From positions 100,927-164,926 of the forward strand of contig JAVHLB010000005.1 in assembly GCA_031082425.1 (NCBI GenBank): a stretch of 64,000 nucleotides of DNA. The letters run 5' to 3'. Within the stretch, counting starts at the first letter, position 1, and the number at the start of each line of letters is the position of its first letter. A program made the translations under genes and the position numbers. The notes below the pieces were generated by a model, which was not told the origin of the DNA, did no database searches, and saw only the letters and a list, made by a program, of their open reading frames with translations. This document shows, piece after piece, positions 17,472 through 25,895 of this stretch. The stretch comes from Candidatus Edwardsbacteria bacterium. Lineage in GTDB: Bacteria > Edwardsbacteria > AC1 > EtOH8.

Positions 17472-20400
17472 TTAAAAATAAGCCCTGACCTCCATCCTTC
17501 CGTTGTGAGAGGTTCTGCTCCCGGATTCTTTCCGGCCGTCATAGGAAGCGGATATGGTGAAATAGCTGTTCATGCGGTAATCGTAAGTTGCCCGCCAGGT
17601 CTTGGTCCAGTCCAGGGGGCGGGTGTAGCGGAACTCCGGCGGAATGTTTTCCCAAAACTGGTCGGCCTTCCGGTAGGTCGCCCCGGCCTCCAGCCTAAGC
17701 TGTCCGGACAGAGACAACTTCCGGGACAGGCCGGGGGACAACGACCAATGCTGGAAATTTGTGACCGGCACCGCCAGGTTATATCGCTGGGTCCTCTCTC
17801 TTCCGGCCTCCAGCCTGGCGTTCAGATCAAGCTGCCGGCTGAGGCTATGCAATATATCAGTCCCCGTAAAATCAAGCCGGACGCTGCTTTCCAGGCCCAC
17901 CAGCTCGTTGTAGGCCTCCGTTATATTCGATGAAAAAAAGAACGATAACCGGGTCCTGTCATTCAGGGGATACCCTAACTCGGCTTTCCGCTGATTGCTG
18001 CGGCGCACCGTGGCGGCGGACAGGGTCTGGTTGTCGCGGTCCCTGCGCCAGCGGTACAGCAGCCTGGTGTTCCAGCCGCCCCCGGCATAATAGCCGACAT
18101 CCCCCGAAAGCTCCATCGACCCGGAAATATCCCGGGGATGGCTTTCCAGCGACGGCAGGGTGGCCAGCAGGGCGGGGTTTAATTTTCTCAGGGATTTTAC
18201 TGCCGAAAGAGCCGCCAGGTCCAGCCGGAAACCGGTCCACCAGGCCGGAGAAAAGTACTGCCCCGGGTTGAACTGCAGATAGCTTCTGGCCGAGATCTCG
18301 CTGGCCCGGCTGGACGGCCCCTCCTCCAGTATCTGTTTCAGGTAGTTCCCGGCGGTGTCGGGATAGTAGGCTCCGGAAAGGGAATCGTAGCTGTAATCCC
18401 CGGCCCGGTCCGGCACCTTGACATACACCTCCTTCAAGAGGCGGGCCTCGGTGGCATTGAGGCTGTAATCCAATCCGGTTCGAAGGGACTGCTGCCAGGC
18501 GGAGTGATCCACCCTCAGCAGTCCCAGGTTGCTTTTCTGGCCCTGTCCCGGGGAGTTCGGCCGAAGGACCTTGCTGCGGTAGGTGTGATCCAGGCTCAAG
18601 GCCAGCGATCCCCCGGCGCCATACTTCAGAAAACTGCTGACCTGATCGGTATGGCTGGTTCCCTGCCAGACCTGCCCCAGACTGTCACGCGACAGGTCCT
18701 CGCGCCGGGAATAGCGGCTGCCCCAGTCAAGTTTTTTGGGGCGGCAGGCAAACCCCAGGAAGCCTTCCATTATCCGGCCTCCCGAAGAGGCCCCGCTGTG
18801 ATAATGGATATCGTCCAAAGTATTGCTGCCACCGGCCTGGTAACTGACAATTCCCCGGGAGAGATCAGCCTCTGTCCGGTGCTCCTGCCGTCCGGCCGAA
18901 GACAGCAGGCTGTCGATCCAGGCCCGGCCCAGCAGGGTCTTCCGGTAATCATAGGATACGCTCAGGGCCGGCCAGGGCTTGAAGCTGGTGGACCCCTGAT
19001 ACTTGCGCAGCCACAACCCGTCCCTCAGATTGAGCCGTCCCCAACCCCCGCCGACCTTAAGATATCCGGCCGGCCAGTAGCCGGCCTTATATTCCTGGGA
19101 ACGCTGCCCCTCCAGGGGATCATTTTTCTTGAGGCCGGTCCAGCCCCCCAGCCCCCAACGGCTCTCGAAATCGCCCTCGGCCAGGCCCAGCTCCGGCCGG
19201 AAATCGCTGCCGTATGATATGCCCCGGCCGGATACTTCAAAACCGCCCCAGCCCAGGGTGTCCCGGCGCCAGAGCAGATCGTACCTGCCGCCGTCGCCGG
19301 CATTGTCGCCGTCATCCTGCGCCGACAGGGTGTTCAGATCCTTCCAGGTCCTGGCCCCGTTGACCGCCAGCCGCCCCCCCTCCCAAAGGGTATTCAGCTG
19401 CAGTCCCAGCGATCGGAATTCTTCGGGACGGGGATATCTTTTCAGAGCCGCGTAGTCGCCTTTCCCCTGACCGGCATAGACAAAAGCCCCCAGGACACTG
19501 TCATAGAGGTAATCCCCTTTTCCCGAACCCATCCAGGTGAAGGACACGGCATATTGGCCCAAACCCCTTCCGGCATACAGGTAGACGGAGTCCGGTTTAT
19601 CGTAGTCCCCGGTGCCGCTGTCGGCCAAAGACCCGCCGTCGCCCCAAAGCTTTGTGGTATCGTCCCCGGCCTCGGTTAAAACCGATCTCCAGACATCGTT
19701 CATCTCCCCGGCTGACGGTTGTTTGGGGTCGTCGGATTCCTGGTAATAGGCGCTGCTTATCAGCAGATTCTTCCCGGCATACAGGTCGCTGCTGACAAAA
19801 TACAGGTTTCGGGAAAAGCTCTCCAGCGAGTATTCGAACTCGGCGGTGATCCTGGAATCATCGGTGATCATCCGGCGGGGGGTGAACAATATCTGTCCCC
19901 GGTCATAGTCCAGGGTATAATCGCGGTCGCTGCCCCGCTGCAACAGCGTCCCGTCCAGCCAGATCCGGTCGCTGTTGGCCAGCACCCGGAAGAAATTGGA
20001 CCCTTCCGGCACCGTAAGCTGGTAAGGACCCTGTATCCCGTCCCGGCCGGAGAAACGGACATAGCCCGGCTTCCCCTTGGCGCTGGACACCGAGAACCCC
20101 AGGGAATTGGACCGGTAGGAGAAGGCCGCATCCAGCCCCTGCAACTGGCGCTGGACGTTAAGCAGCTGCTGGCGGTGGTACGACAGGTCGTAATCGCCCA
20201 CCACGGCCGACCAGTTGGAGGAGTTGGCCCGGATGAATATCTTGTCGATCTGGCTCAGCTCCTGGGTGCTGCCGCTGACCGGCATTCCCTGGTCGGACAG
20301 CAGGGCGTTCACCTCCAGGTCCTCTCCCAGGCGCCCGTTGACCCTGACGTTCAGGGACTGGTCCAGCGACAGGTCCCTCCCGCTGCCCAGGCTTATTCCC

Positions 20401-20852
20401 ACTGATTTGCTGCCGCCGAATCTCAGCTGTCCGTCCCTGGCCTGCAGCCATTGGCTCAGGCTGTCGGATCCGGCCGGCCGGCCCGAAGCCGGCAAGGGAA
20501 TCAGTCCAAAGGTATCGGGGAATAACTGCAGATGCTGTCTGTGCGGCGGTATCTGCAGAGGCAGGGCCGAATAAATAACATTGAGAGTATCCCCCCTGGC
20601 CAGGGGCGATGCCAGGTAGATGGTTCCCTGGTTGTAATCGATGACGTAATCCAGATTGCGCAGCAGGAGCTTCCCCCCCACCAGGGCGCTGTCGCTGCCG
20701 GCAAAAATAAAGGGCGCCCCCAGCCGGTATTCATTCAGGGCGGGGTCGCCGGCCAGCATGATGCTTTTCCGGATCGGTGAGATGCTCTCCGCCCCGGAAT
20801 AACCCAGCCACAGGCCCAGGACAGCGATGGTTATGGCCGTGCTGGTCCGCAT
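17472..20852 (-). CDS. very large predicted outer-membrane beta-barrel protein, function unknown (possibly SprA-like)
   Basis: 1126 aa with a signal peptide. Composition is rich in G/S/Y/R/D with alternating patterns, and the protein ends ...EVRAYF (terminal aromatic). It contains two copies of a DY-x-(I/L)-DY-x-x-G-x-I motif (DYVIDYNQGTIYL and DYTLDYDRGQILF). Confidence 0.55.
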   Translation of the reverse strand: MRTSTAITIAVLGLWLGYSGAESISPIRKSIMLAGDPALNEYRLGAPFIFAGSDSALVGGKLLLRNLDYVIDYNQGTIYLASPLARGDTLNVIYSALPLQIPPHRQHLQLFPDTFGLIPLPASGRPAGSDSLSQWLQARDGQLRFGGSKSVGISLGSGRDLSLDQSLNVRVNGRLGEDLEVNALLSDQGMPVSGSTQELSQIDKIFIRANSSNWSAVVGDYDLSYHRQQLLNVQRQLQGLDAAFSYRSNSLGFSVSSAKGKPGYVRFSGRDGIQGPYQLTVPEGSNFFRVLANSDRIWLDGTLLQRGSDRDYTLDYDRGQILFTPRRMITDDSRITAEFEYSLESFSRNLYFVSSDLYAGKNLLISSAYYQESDDPKQPSAGEMNDVWRSVLTEAGDDTTKLWGDGGSLADSGTGDYDKPDSVYLYAGRGLGQYAVSFTWMGSGKGDYLYDSVLGAFVYAGQGKGDYAALKRYPRPEEFRSLGLQLNTLWEGGRLAVNGARTWKDLNTLSAQDDGDNAGDGGRYDLLWRRDTLGWGGFEVSGRGISYGSDFRPELGLAEGDFESRWGLGGWTGLKKNDPLEGQRSQEYKAGYWPAGYLKVGGGWGRLNLRDGLWLRKYQGSTSFKPWPALSVSYDYRKTLLGRAWIDSLLSSAGRQEHRTEADLSRGIVSYQAGGSNTLDDIHYHSGASSGGRIMEGFLGFACRPKKLDWGSRYSRREDLSRDSLGQVWQGTSHTDQVSSFLKYGAGGSLALSLDHTYRSKVLRPNSPGQGQKSNLGLLRVDHSAWQQSLRTGLDYSLNATEARLLKEVYVKVPDRAGDYSYDSLSGAYYPDTAGNYLKQILEEGPSSRASEISARSYLQFNPGQYFSPAWWTGFRLDLAALSAVKSLRKLNPALLATLPSLESHPRDISGSMELSGDVGYYAGGGWNTRLLYRWRRDRDNQTLSAATVRRSNQRKAELGYPLNDRTRLSFFFSSNITEAYNELVGLESSVRLDFTGTDILHSLSRQLDLNARLEAGRERTQRYNLAVPVTNFQHWSLSPGLSRKLSLSGQLRLEAGATYRKADQFWENIPPEFRYTRPLDWTKTWRATYDYRMNSYFTISASYDGRKESGSRTSHNGRMEVRAYF

Positions 20853-20856
20853 AGAG

Positions 20857-21714
20857 CTAAAACTTGACGAAGGTCAGGCTTCCATCCTCGGCCACAATTC
20901 CTCTGCCGAACGGGCTCAGGGCTACGGCATAGGGCCTCCGGAAGGGAACCCCCAACTGTTTGACCCACTGTTCGCCCTCATAAACATACACCCCGACCAT
21001 CCCCTGTTCCGGCTGGCAGACCCACAGCCGCCCCAGGTAATCAAAGCCCACCGCCTGGGGATGGTTCCCCACCGTTATCTGCAGGGTGCTGTGCCTGGCC
21101 CCGTAAAGATTATAGAAAATGATGATCCCGCTGCGCGAATCGGCCAGGGCCATAATGTTCCGGGAGGCATCAACCGAGATCGAGCCGGGACGGAAAACTC
21201 CCCCGCCGGACAGCTCGATGTGAAAACTCCGCAGGTCGTATCCTGACCGGTCAACCACCTTGACCTGGGCGTTGCTGCCGTCCAGCAGATAGATGTCACC
21301 GGAGATGGTGGCGGCGCCGGTCGTTGCCGAGATGCCGGAAAAGCCGGCTTCGGACAACTGCTGTCCTTCCCGGTCGAAGCACTTGATCTTCCGGTCCAGG
21401 TTGTTCATCAGCCAATAGCAGTCAGCCCCGCCCGCTATTAGAACATCCCGGGGCTGGGACAGATCGGAACGGAATAGTTCCGTTCCGTCCCAGCCGGCCG
21501 AGGCCAGAACCCAGCCGGCCGCCTGGGTATAACAGGCATTGCCCGATCGGTCGGCGGCCAGTGAGGAGACCTGGGAGATGATCTGGAGCGGATAGTGCAG
21601 TGCGATATCAACCGTCCGTTCATTCATCCTTGCCGAGGGCCTCGGCGGGTCGATATAGGCGGTGCAGGAAAGGGCCGCCAGGCCGAAGACCAGCAGATAT
21701 TTTTTTGGCTTCAT
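20857..21714 (-). CDS. beta-propeller (NHL-like) lipoprotein
   Basis: 285 aa with a lipobox (LAALSC). It has repeated short beta-strand blades (e.g. DIYLLD, NIMALAD, RLWVCQ). A 4-nt gap separates it from the downstream giant-barrel gene. Confidence 0.5.
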   Translation of the reverse strand: MKPKKYLLVFGLAALSCTAYIDPPRPSARMNERTVDIALHYPLQIISQVSSLAADRSGNACYTQAAGWVLASAGWDGTELFRSDLSQPRDVLIAGGADCYWLMNNLDRKIKCFDREGQQLSEAGFSGISATTGAATISGDIYLLDGSNAQVKVVDRSGYDLRSFHIELSGGGVFRPGSISVDASRNIMALADSRSGIIIFYNLYGARHSTLQITVGNHPQAVGFDYLGRLWVCQPEQGMVGVYVYEGEQWVKQLGVPFRRPYAVALSPFGRGIVAEDGSLTFVKF

Positions 21715-21733
21715 GATGTTCGATCCCCAACAA

Positions 21734-21779
21734 CCAAAAAATCCTCCGAGGCTGCATCCACAGGTGGGAGGATTTTTGG
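21734..21779 (-). terminator. intrinsic terminator-like hairpin inside the envelope operon
   Basis: The arms are CCAAAAAATCCTCC and GGAGGATTTTTGG. The GC core is ATCCTCC/GGAGGAT, and on the minus strand it is followed by a T6 run. It sits in the 78-nt gap between the 270-aa gene and the propeller lipoprotein gene. Confidence 0.55.
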
Positions 21780-21792
21780 TTTATCGCTGAAT

Positions 21793-22605
21793 TTAAAAAC
21801 TTTTTCCCAGGGCCACCCCGATATCGCAGCTGCGGGTGGTCAGGAACTTAAACTGCCAGCTCTCCCCGTGCTCCGCCCTTTTCAGCCGGTTTTTGTTGTA
21901 TCGCTTGGTCAAACGGGCGGCATTGACCGCCGAAAGAAGGTGGTTCAAAATGGCGGCCCCGTAGGAGTAGCTTATCCGGTGCAATGCCTCCTGGCTCCTG
22001 ACCCGCAGGCCCCGGTATTGATACCAATCAGCCTGGGTCTGCCAGGCCCAGTCATCGGGGGACCCGTATAGCAGGCCGGCCACATAGGTTTCCTGGGCCT
22101 GGGGGTCATCGGGGTAGATCATCCGGGCCTCGGCCCAGATATCCTCGTTGTACCAGTAACTGCTGGGGTATTCATAGATATTCTGATAGTAGATATCCTC
22201 GGTCTTTTCCGGGTTGGCCCCGGCCTGCTGGGCGGCAAAGTTGCGGTAGTCACGCTTCCACATCTCCCCCTGAAATTTGGAGAAGGCGGCGAAGGACCAG
22301 ATCATGGCCTCGGCCCCCAAAAAAACCTTGGCCTGGGTCCTGGCCCCGGCATAATACTCGCCGGCTCCCGGAAGGACCAGAGACATGAAGAAAGCTTTTT
22401 TTAAGGATTTCTTCGGGACTCGTATTCTTTCAGTTTGGCTGTTGGGATCCTCGGGAAGGGGTGCAACCGAAGGCCTGATCTCAACCTCATTGATTCTCAG
22501 GCTATCGGGCCTTGGCTTATCACCTTCAACCGCATTCCCCGCCGCCGGCAGGCTGCCGGCCAGAAATACCGCCAGCATAAATGTATAGATAGAATGCTTC
22601 GTCAT
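21793..22605 (-). CDS. hypothetical secreted/envelope protein (270 aa)
   Basis: Signal peptide, a hydrophobic SLVLPGAGEYYAG segment, a W/Y/D-rich middle and a terminal Phe. Its start overlaps the upstream M6 peptidase stop (ATGA). Confidence 0.5.
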   Translation of the reverse strand: MTKHSIYTFMLAVFLAGSLPAAGNAVEGDKPRPDSLRINEVEIRPSVAPLPEDPNSQTERIRVPKKSLKKAFFMSLVLPGAGEYYAGARTQAKVFLGAEAMIWSFAAFSKFQGEMWKRDYRNFAAQQAGANPEKTEDIYYQNIYEYPSSYWYNEDIWAEARMIYPDDPQAQETYVAGLLYGSPDDWAWQTQADWYQYRGLRVRSQEALHRISYSYGAAILNHLLSAVNAARLTKRYNKNRLKRAEHGESWQFKFLTTRSCDIGVALGKSF

Positions 22606-25600
22606 CGTATCACCGCCGCTTTCAATATCTGATATTGGGTGTCGTTAGTGGATACCGCCTCCAGCCGGATCAGGTAGACACCGAAGGCCAGGTTGCCCAG
22701 TTTCCACAATATTTCGTTCTCGGTTCCGGCAAACCCCGGCTGGCTGAATTCCTGGACCAGGTCCCCGGCCAGGTTGAAAACCTTGATATTCACGCTGGCT
22801 TGAGCGTTCAGGGAGAATCGTATCTTGGCAAAATTCCCCCGGGCCGGATTGGGGTACACATAGGCGTTGGCCAGCAGTTTATCCGAAATCTTCAGCGGAT
22901 GCCGGGAAAGGTCCCAATTCAAGTATCCGGAGTTGGCCTGGTCGTTATGGAACCCGGTCCAGTGGCTGGTTTGGATGGAGAAGGCCGACGGCAGGCTCCA
23001 GGCATAAACCATTCCGTCATCGCAGCCGATGGCCAGTTCGGTGCCGGTGGTATCGCCGTCCAGATCGAAGGCCAAAGGCGTGGAATAGGTGCGACCCCCC
23101 AGGGTCAATGGGAAGCCGGCCGCGTTGGTACCGTCATGGTTGAAGGCCATCACCGCATTGTCCGGGGAGCCGATCACGATCTCCGGCAGACGGTCCCCGT
23201 CCACATCGGCCATTACCGGAGAGGACTGCACCAATTGTGATGAAGACACCTCCACCGGGAATCCCTCCACCGCAGTGCCGTTATAGTTGTAAACATGGAG
23301 TTTATTGTTGATGGCCACCGCCAGTTCCAGATATCCGTCCCCGTCGATGTCGCCCAAGGCCGGAGAGGAAATAATCGTATAGTACAGCCCGGTAAAATCA
23401 ATAGGCCAACCCTTTAACATCTTGCCGGCGCGGTTGACCGCGGAGATGCCCTTGTTGGTGCAACAGATGATATCGGGGTTTCCGTCCCGGTCGATATCTC
23501 CCACCGCCGGGGAGGAGCTGACCATATCGGCCCAGGGCTTTAATGCCGGGAATCCCGCCACCAATCCGCCGTTCCCCTTGAAGACGAACACCCGGCTGTC
23601 GCCGGAAAGAACGATGATCTCCTTGCCGGGCGAAGCTGGGTCAATATCCGCCAGGGCCGGAGTGGAACGGGTCTCCATAGCCAGATCATATGGAAAGCCC
23701 GTCAGCATATTCCCTCGATGGTCCCAGACATGAAGTTTCATATCATCGCCGGCCGCGATCACCTCCAGGGTGTCGTCGCCGGTGACATCGCCCAGGGCCA
23801 CCGAGGAATATATTGGCGCAGAAACATTGACCGGAAATCCCGGCATTGGCGTGGCGTGGTAAACCACATAGGGATTGCCCATGTCAGATAGAACTGTATC
23901 CGGCTGGGGGATCAGGCTGAACCCGGATACCTGACCCTCGGTCATGGAATATGACGAGGTGATGAACACCTCGGGCACACCATCCAGATTTATATCCGCC
24001 ACCGCCGGTGAGGAATAAACATAACTGCCTTCCTTGACCCGGGCGATCTCGGCCCGGATGCTTATCGTGTCGTATCCGGCCAACACCGTATCGCGCTCCT
24101 GGTTGAACAGCCCTGAACCATCAGCCTTCCAGGCGTACAATCTGCCCAGCACCCCGGCGGCCAGCACCGCCTTATAGGATGAATCGGTGCCGGGATGCAT
24201 GGTCAGGTAATTGGCGCTGTTCCAGTCCACCGTATCCCCCAGCACCGCCGGGAAGCCCGGCACCGACCAGCCCACCTTCACCCGGGCCTTCATGGTATCC
24301 CCCGGAAGAGAGATATTGTAGATGGAGATATGGGTGGAAGAGCCGTCGTTGGCCAGGCTGGCCGGATCGCTGGCGTCATCCAGCCGGTCGTTGTTGCCCC
24401 TGAAATAGGCATCGTAGGGGCTGGCGATGGTGGAATAAGGCGAGCTGACCCAGTGCCGCAGGTCCTGGATGTGGTCGGCCTCCAGCAGATAAATGGCCTT
24501 TACATTGCCGGTCATCAGGCTGTTGTCATACCAGCGCTGCCGGATCAGGTCATCGTCCACATGATAGACCAGCAGGCCGCCTTTGCCCAGGTCGAAGGGC
24601 AGTGACATATCGTAATCATCCACCTTCACCAGCACTCCGTTTCGCCAAACCCTGACGGCACTGCTGTCCGATCCGTAGCCGTATATCGAATCTTGATAAA
24701 TTACCTGATCATTGGGGTTGGCCCAGGCCCGGCGGTTCTCGATCAGATAATACTCGTGGGAGTTGATGGGGATCTTGACGATGGCCCTGGGATCCTTGGC
24801 CACCCAGGCAAAGACCTGCTCGCTGTCGTCCCCCGGCTTGAGCTCGATGGGTTCGGCCCAGCCCAGAAACACCTTGCACCAGGCCGAAAGATGCGGCGGC
24901 ACATAGGCGTTCATGTTGAAGGAGCCCCAGGACATCAGCTCCCACTCCCCCAGCCCGGCCGACTCGTAGGTGTAGTCGTAAAGGTCCGGCAGGCCCAGCT
25001 GGTGGCCGAACTCGTGGGCGAACTCGCCCTGCGACCCCAGCACCATGCCGTCCTGGCTCTGGGTGGCGGCGTCCAGTATGCCGTCGTAGATGGTATCCAG
25101 CCCGGCATTGGCGATCAGCGGCTGGTCGCCCAAAGAGATGAACACCGAGGGGATGTCGGCCCCCCAGGGATCGGTCTGCCAGCAGGAGCCGGCATGAATG
25201 ATCATATATGATTGGTAATCGCGGAAGGAAATGTTGGCCGGATCCTGGTCGGCCGCCACGATGGCGTCCCGGAACAGGAAATACAGCCCGGCTCCCCAAT
25301 TGTCCCAGTTGTTGTAATAGTCGCTGTAGAATGACATCTGGTGCGGCAGGGTATAGGCGGCGGTATCGCCCTTGGGAAACTGCTCGAACTCGATATGGAG
25401 TTTCCCGTAGGAGACCGCCCGGTAGTAATTGCGCATGGCCAGCATCTGGTTGTGGATATAGGTGCTGTCGTGGGGCGGCTCGTAATAGAGGTTGTGCCCC
25501 TGGGCCGGATCGTTGTTGGTGTAGACCGGCTCCCCGTTGCCGGCATAGTCGAAATGCCCGTTCCCGGTGGTATTGATGTCGCTGTCCAGCTGGAACTGGG

Positions 25601-25862
25601 CCTTGATCACCAGCACCCTGATGGTGTCGGGGGTGGCGGCCTTGATGCCCTTTTTTGCCTTGGCGGCCCGGATCCCGCCCAGGATATCGCGGGTGGAGAC
25701 GGCGTCCCGGTAGCCCCTGGGCTGCTGTTTGATCTGTTCGGCAATGGTCATGGAGCTCTTCCAGGTCTCCTTCAGGCCCCTCAACTCATCACCCTGCAGA
25801 CTGCCGGCCAGCAATGCCGTTATCAAGGCTGGCCTGATTATGTAATTAAATGAAAACCTCAA
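22602..25862 (-). CDS. M6 (immune inhibitor A-like) metalloprotease with FG-GAP/VCBS repeats and T9SS-type C-terminal sorting domain
   Basis: 1086 aa with a signal peptide and zinc site HEFGHQLGLPDLYD. It has at least six GD(I/V)DGDG-type FG-GAP repeats. The C-terminal ~85 aa (YVYPNPARG...IKVFNLAGDLV...GVYLIRL) fit the CTD pattern. Confidence 0.8.
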   Translation of the reverse strand: MRFSFNYIIRPALITALLAGSLQGDELRGLKETWKSSMTIAEQIKQQPRGYRDAVSTRDILGGIRAAKAKKGIKAATPDTIRVLVIKAQFQLDSDINTTGNGHFDYAGNGEPVYTNNDPAQGHNLYYEPPHDSTYIHNQMLAMRNYYRAVSYGKLHIEFEQFPKGDTAAYTLPHQMSFYSDYYNNWDNWGAGLYFLFRDAIVAADQDPANISFRDYQSYMIIHAGSCWQTDPWGADIPSVFISLGDQPLIANAGLDTIYDGILDAATQSQDGMVLGSQGEFAHEFGHQLGLPDLYDYTYESAGLGEWELMSWGSFNMNAYVPPHLSAWCKVFLGWAEPIELKPGDDSEQVFAWVAKDPRAIVKIPINSHEYYLIENRRAWANPNDQVIYQDSIYGYGSDSSAVRVWRNGVLVKVDDYDMSLPFDLGKGGLLVYHVDDDLIRQRWYDNSLMTGNVKAIYLLEADHIQDLRHWVSSPYSTIASPYDAYFRGNNDRLDDASDPASLANDGSSTHISIYNISLPGDTMKARVKVGWSVPGFPAVLGDTVDWNSANYLTMHPGTDSSYKAVLAAGVLGRLYAWKADGSGLFNQERDTVLAGYDTISIRAEIARVKEGSYVYSSPAVADINLDGVPEVFITSSYSMTEGQVSGFSLIPQPDTVLSDMGNPYVVYHATPMPGFPVNVSAPIYSSVALGDVTGDDTLEVIAAGDDMKLHVWDHRGNMLTGFPYDLAMETRSTPALADIDPASPGKEIIVLSGDSRVFVFKGNGGLVAGFPALKPWADMVSSSPAVGDIDRDGNPDIICCTNKGISAVNRAGKMLKGWPIDFTGLYYTIISSPALGDIDGDGYLELAVAINNKLHVYNYNGTAVEGFPVEVSSSQLVQSSPVMADVDGDRLPEIVIGSPDNAVMAFNHDGTNAAGFPLTLGGRTYSTPLAFDLDGDTTGTELAIGCDDGMVYAWSLPSAFSIQTSHWTGFHNDQANSGYLNWDLSRHPLKISDKLLANAYVYPNPARGNFAKIRFSLNAQASVNIKVFNLAGDLVQEFSQPGFAGTENEILWKLGNLAFGVYLIRLEAVSTNDTQYQILKAAVIR

Positions 25863-25895
25863 GATGCCTCCCCCGATTCATAGATTTGAATGATT

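Noticed and set aside
17471-17542. The N-terminal extension of the Omp85 ORF as listed in the track (start at 17542).
   Set aside because: The extension overlaps the last 71 nt of the upstream 1126-aa gene and encodes no signal peptide. The internal ATG at 17470 gives a classic signal peptide and sits 1 nt after the upstream stop.
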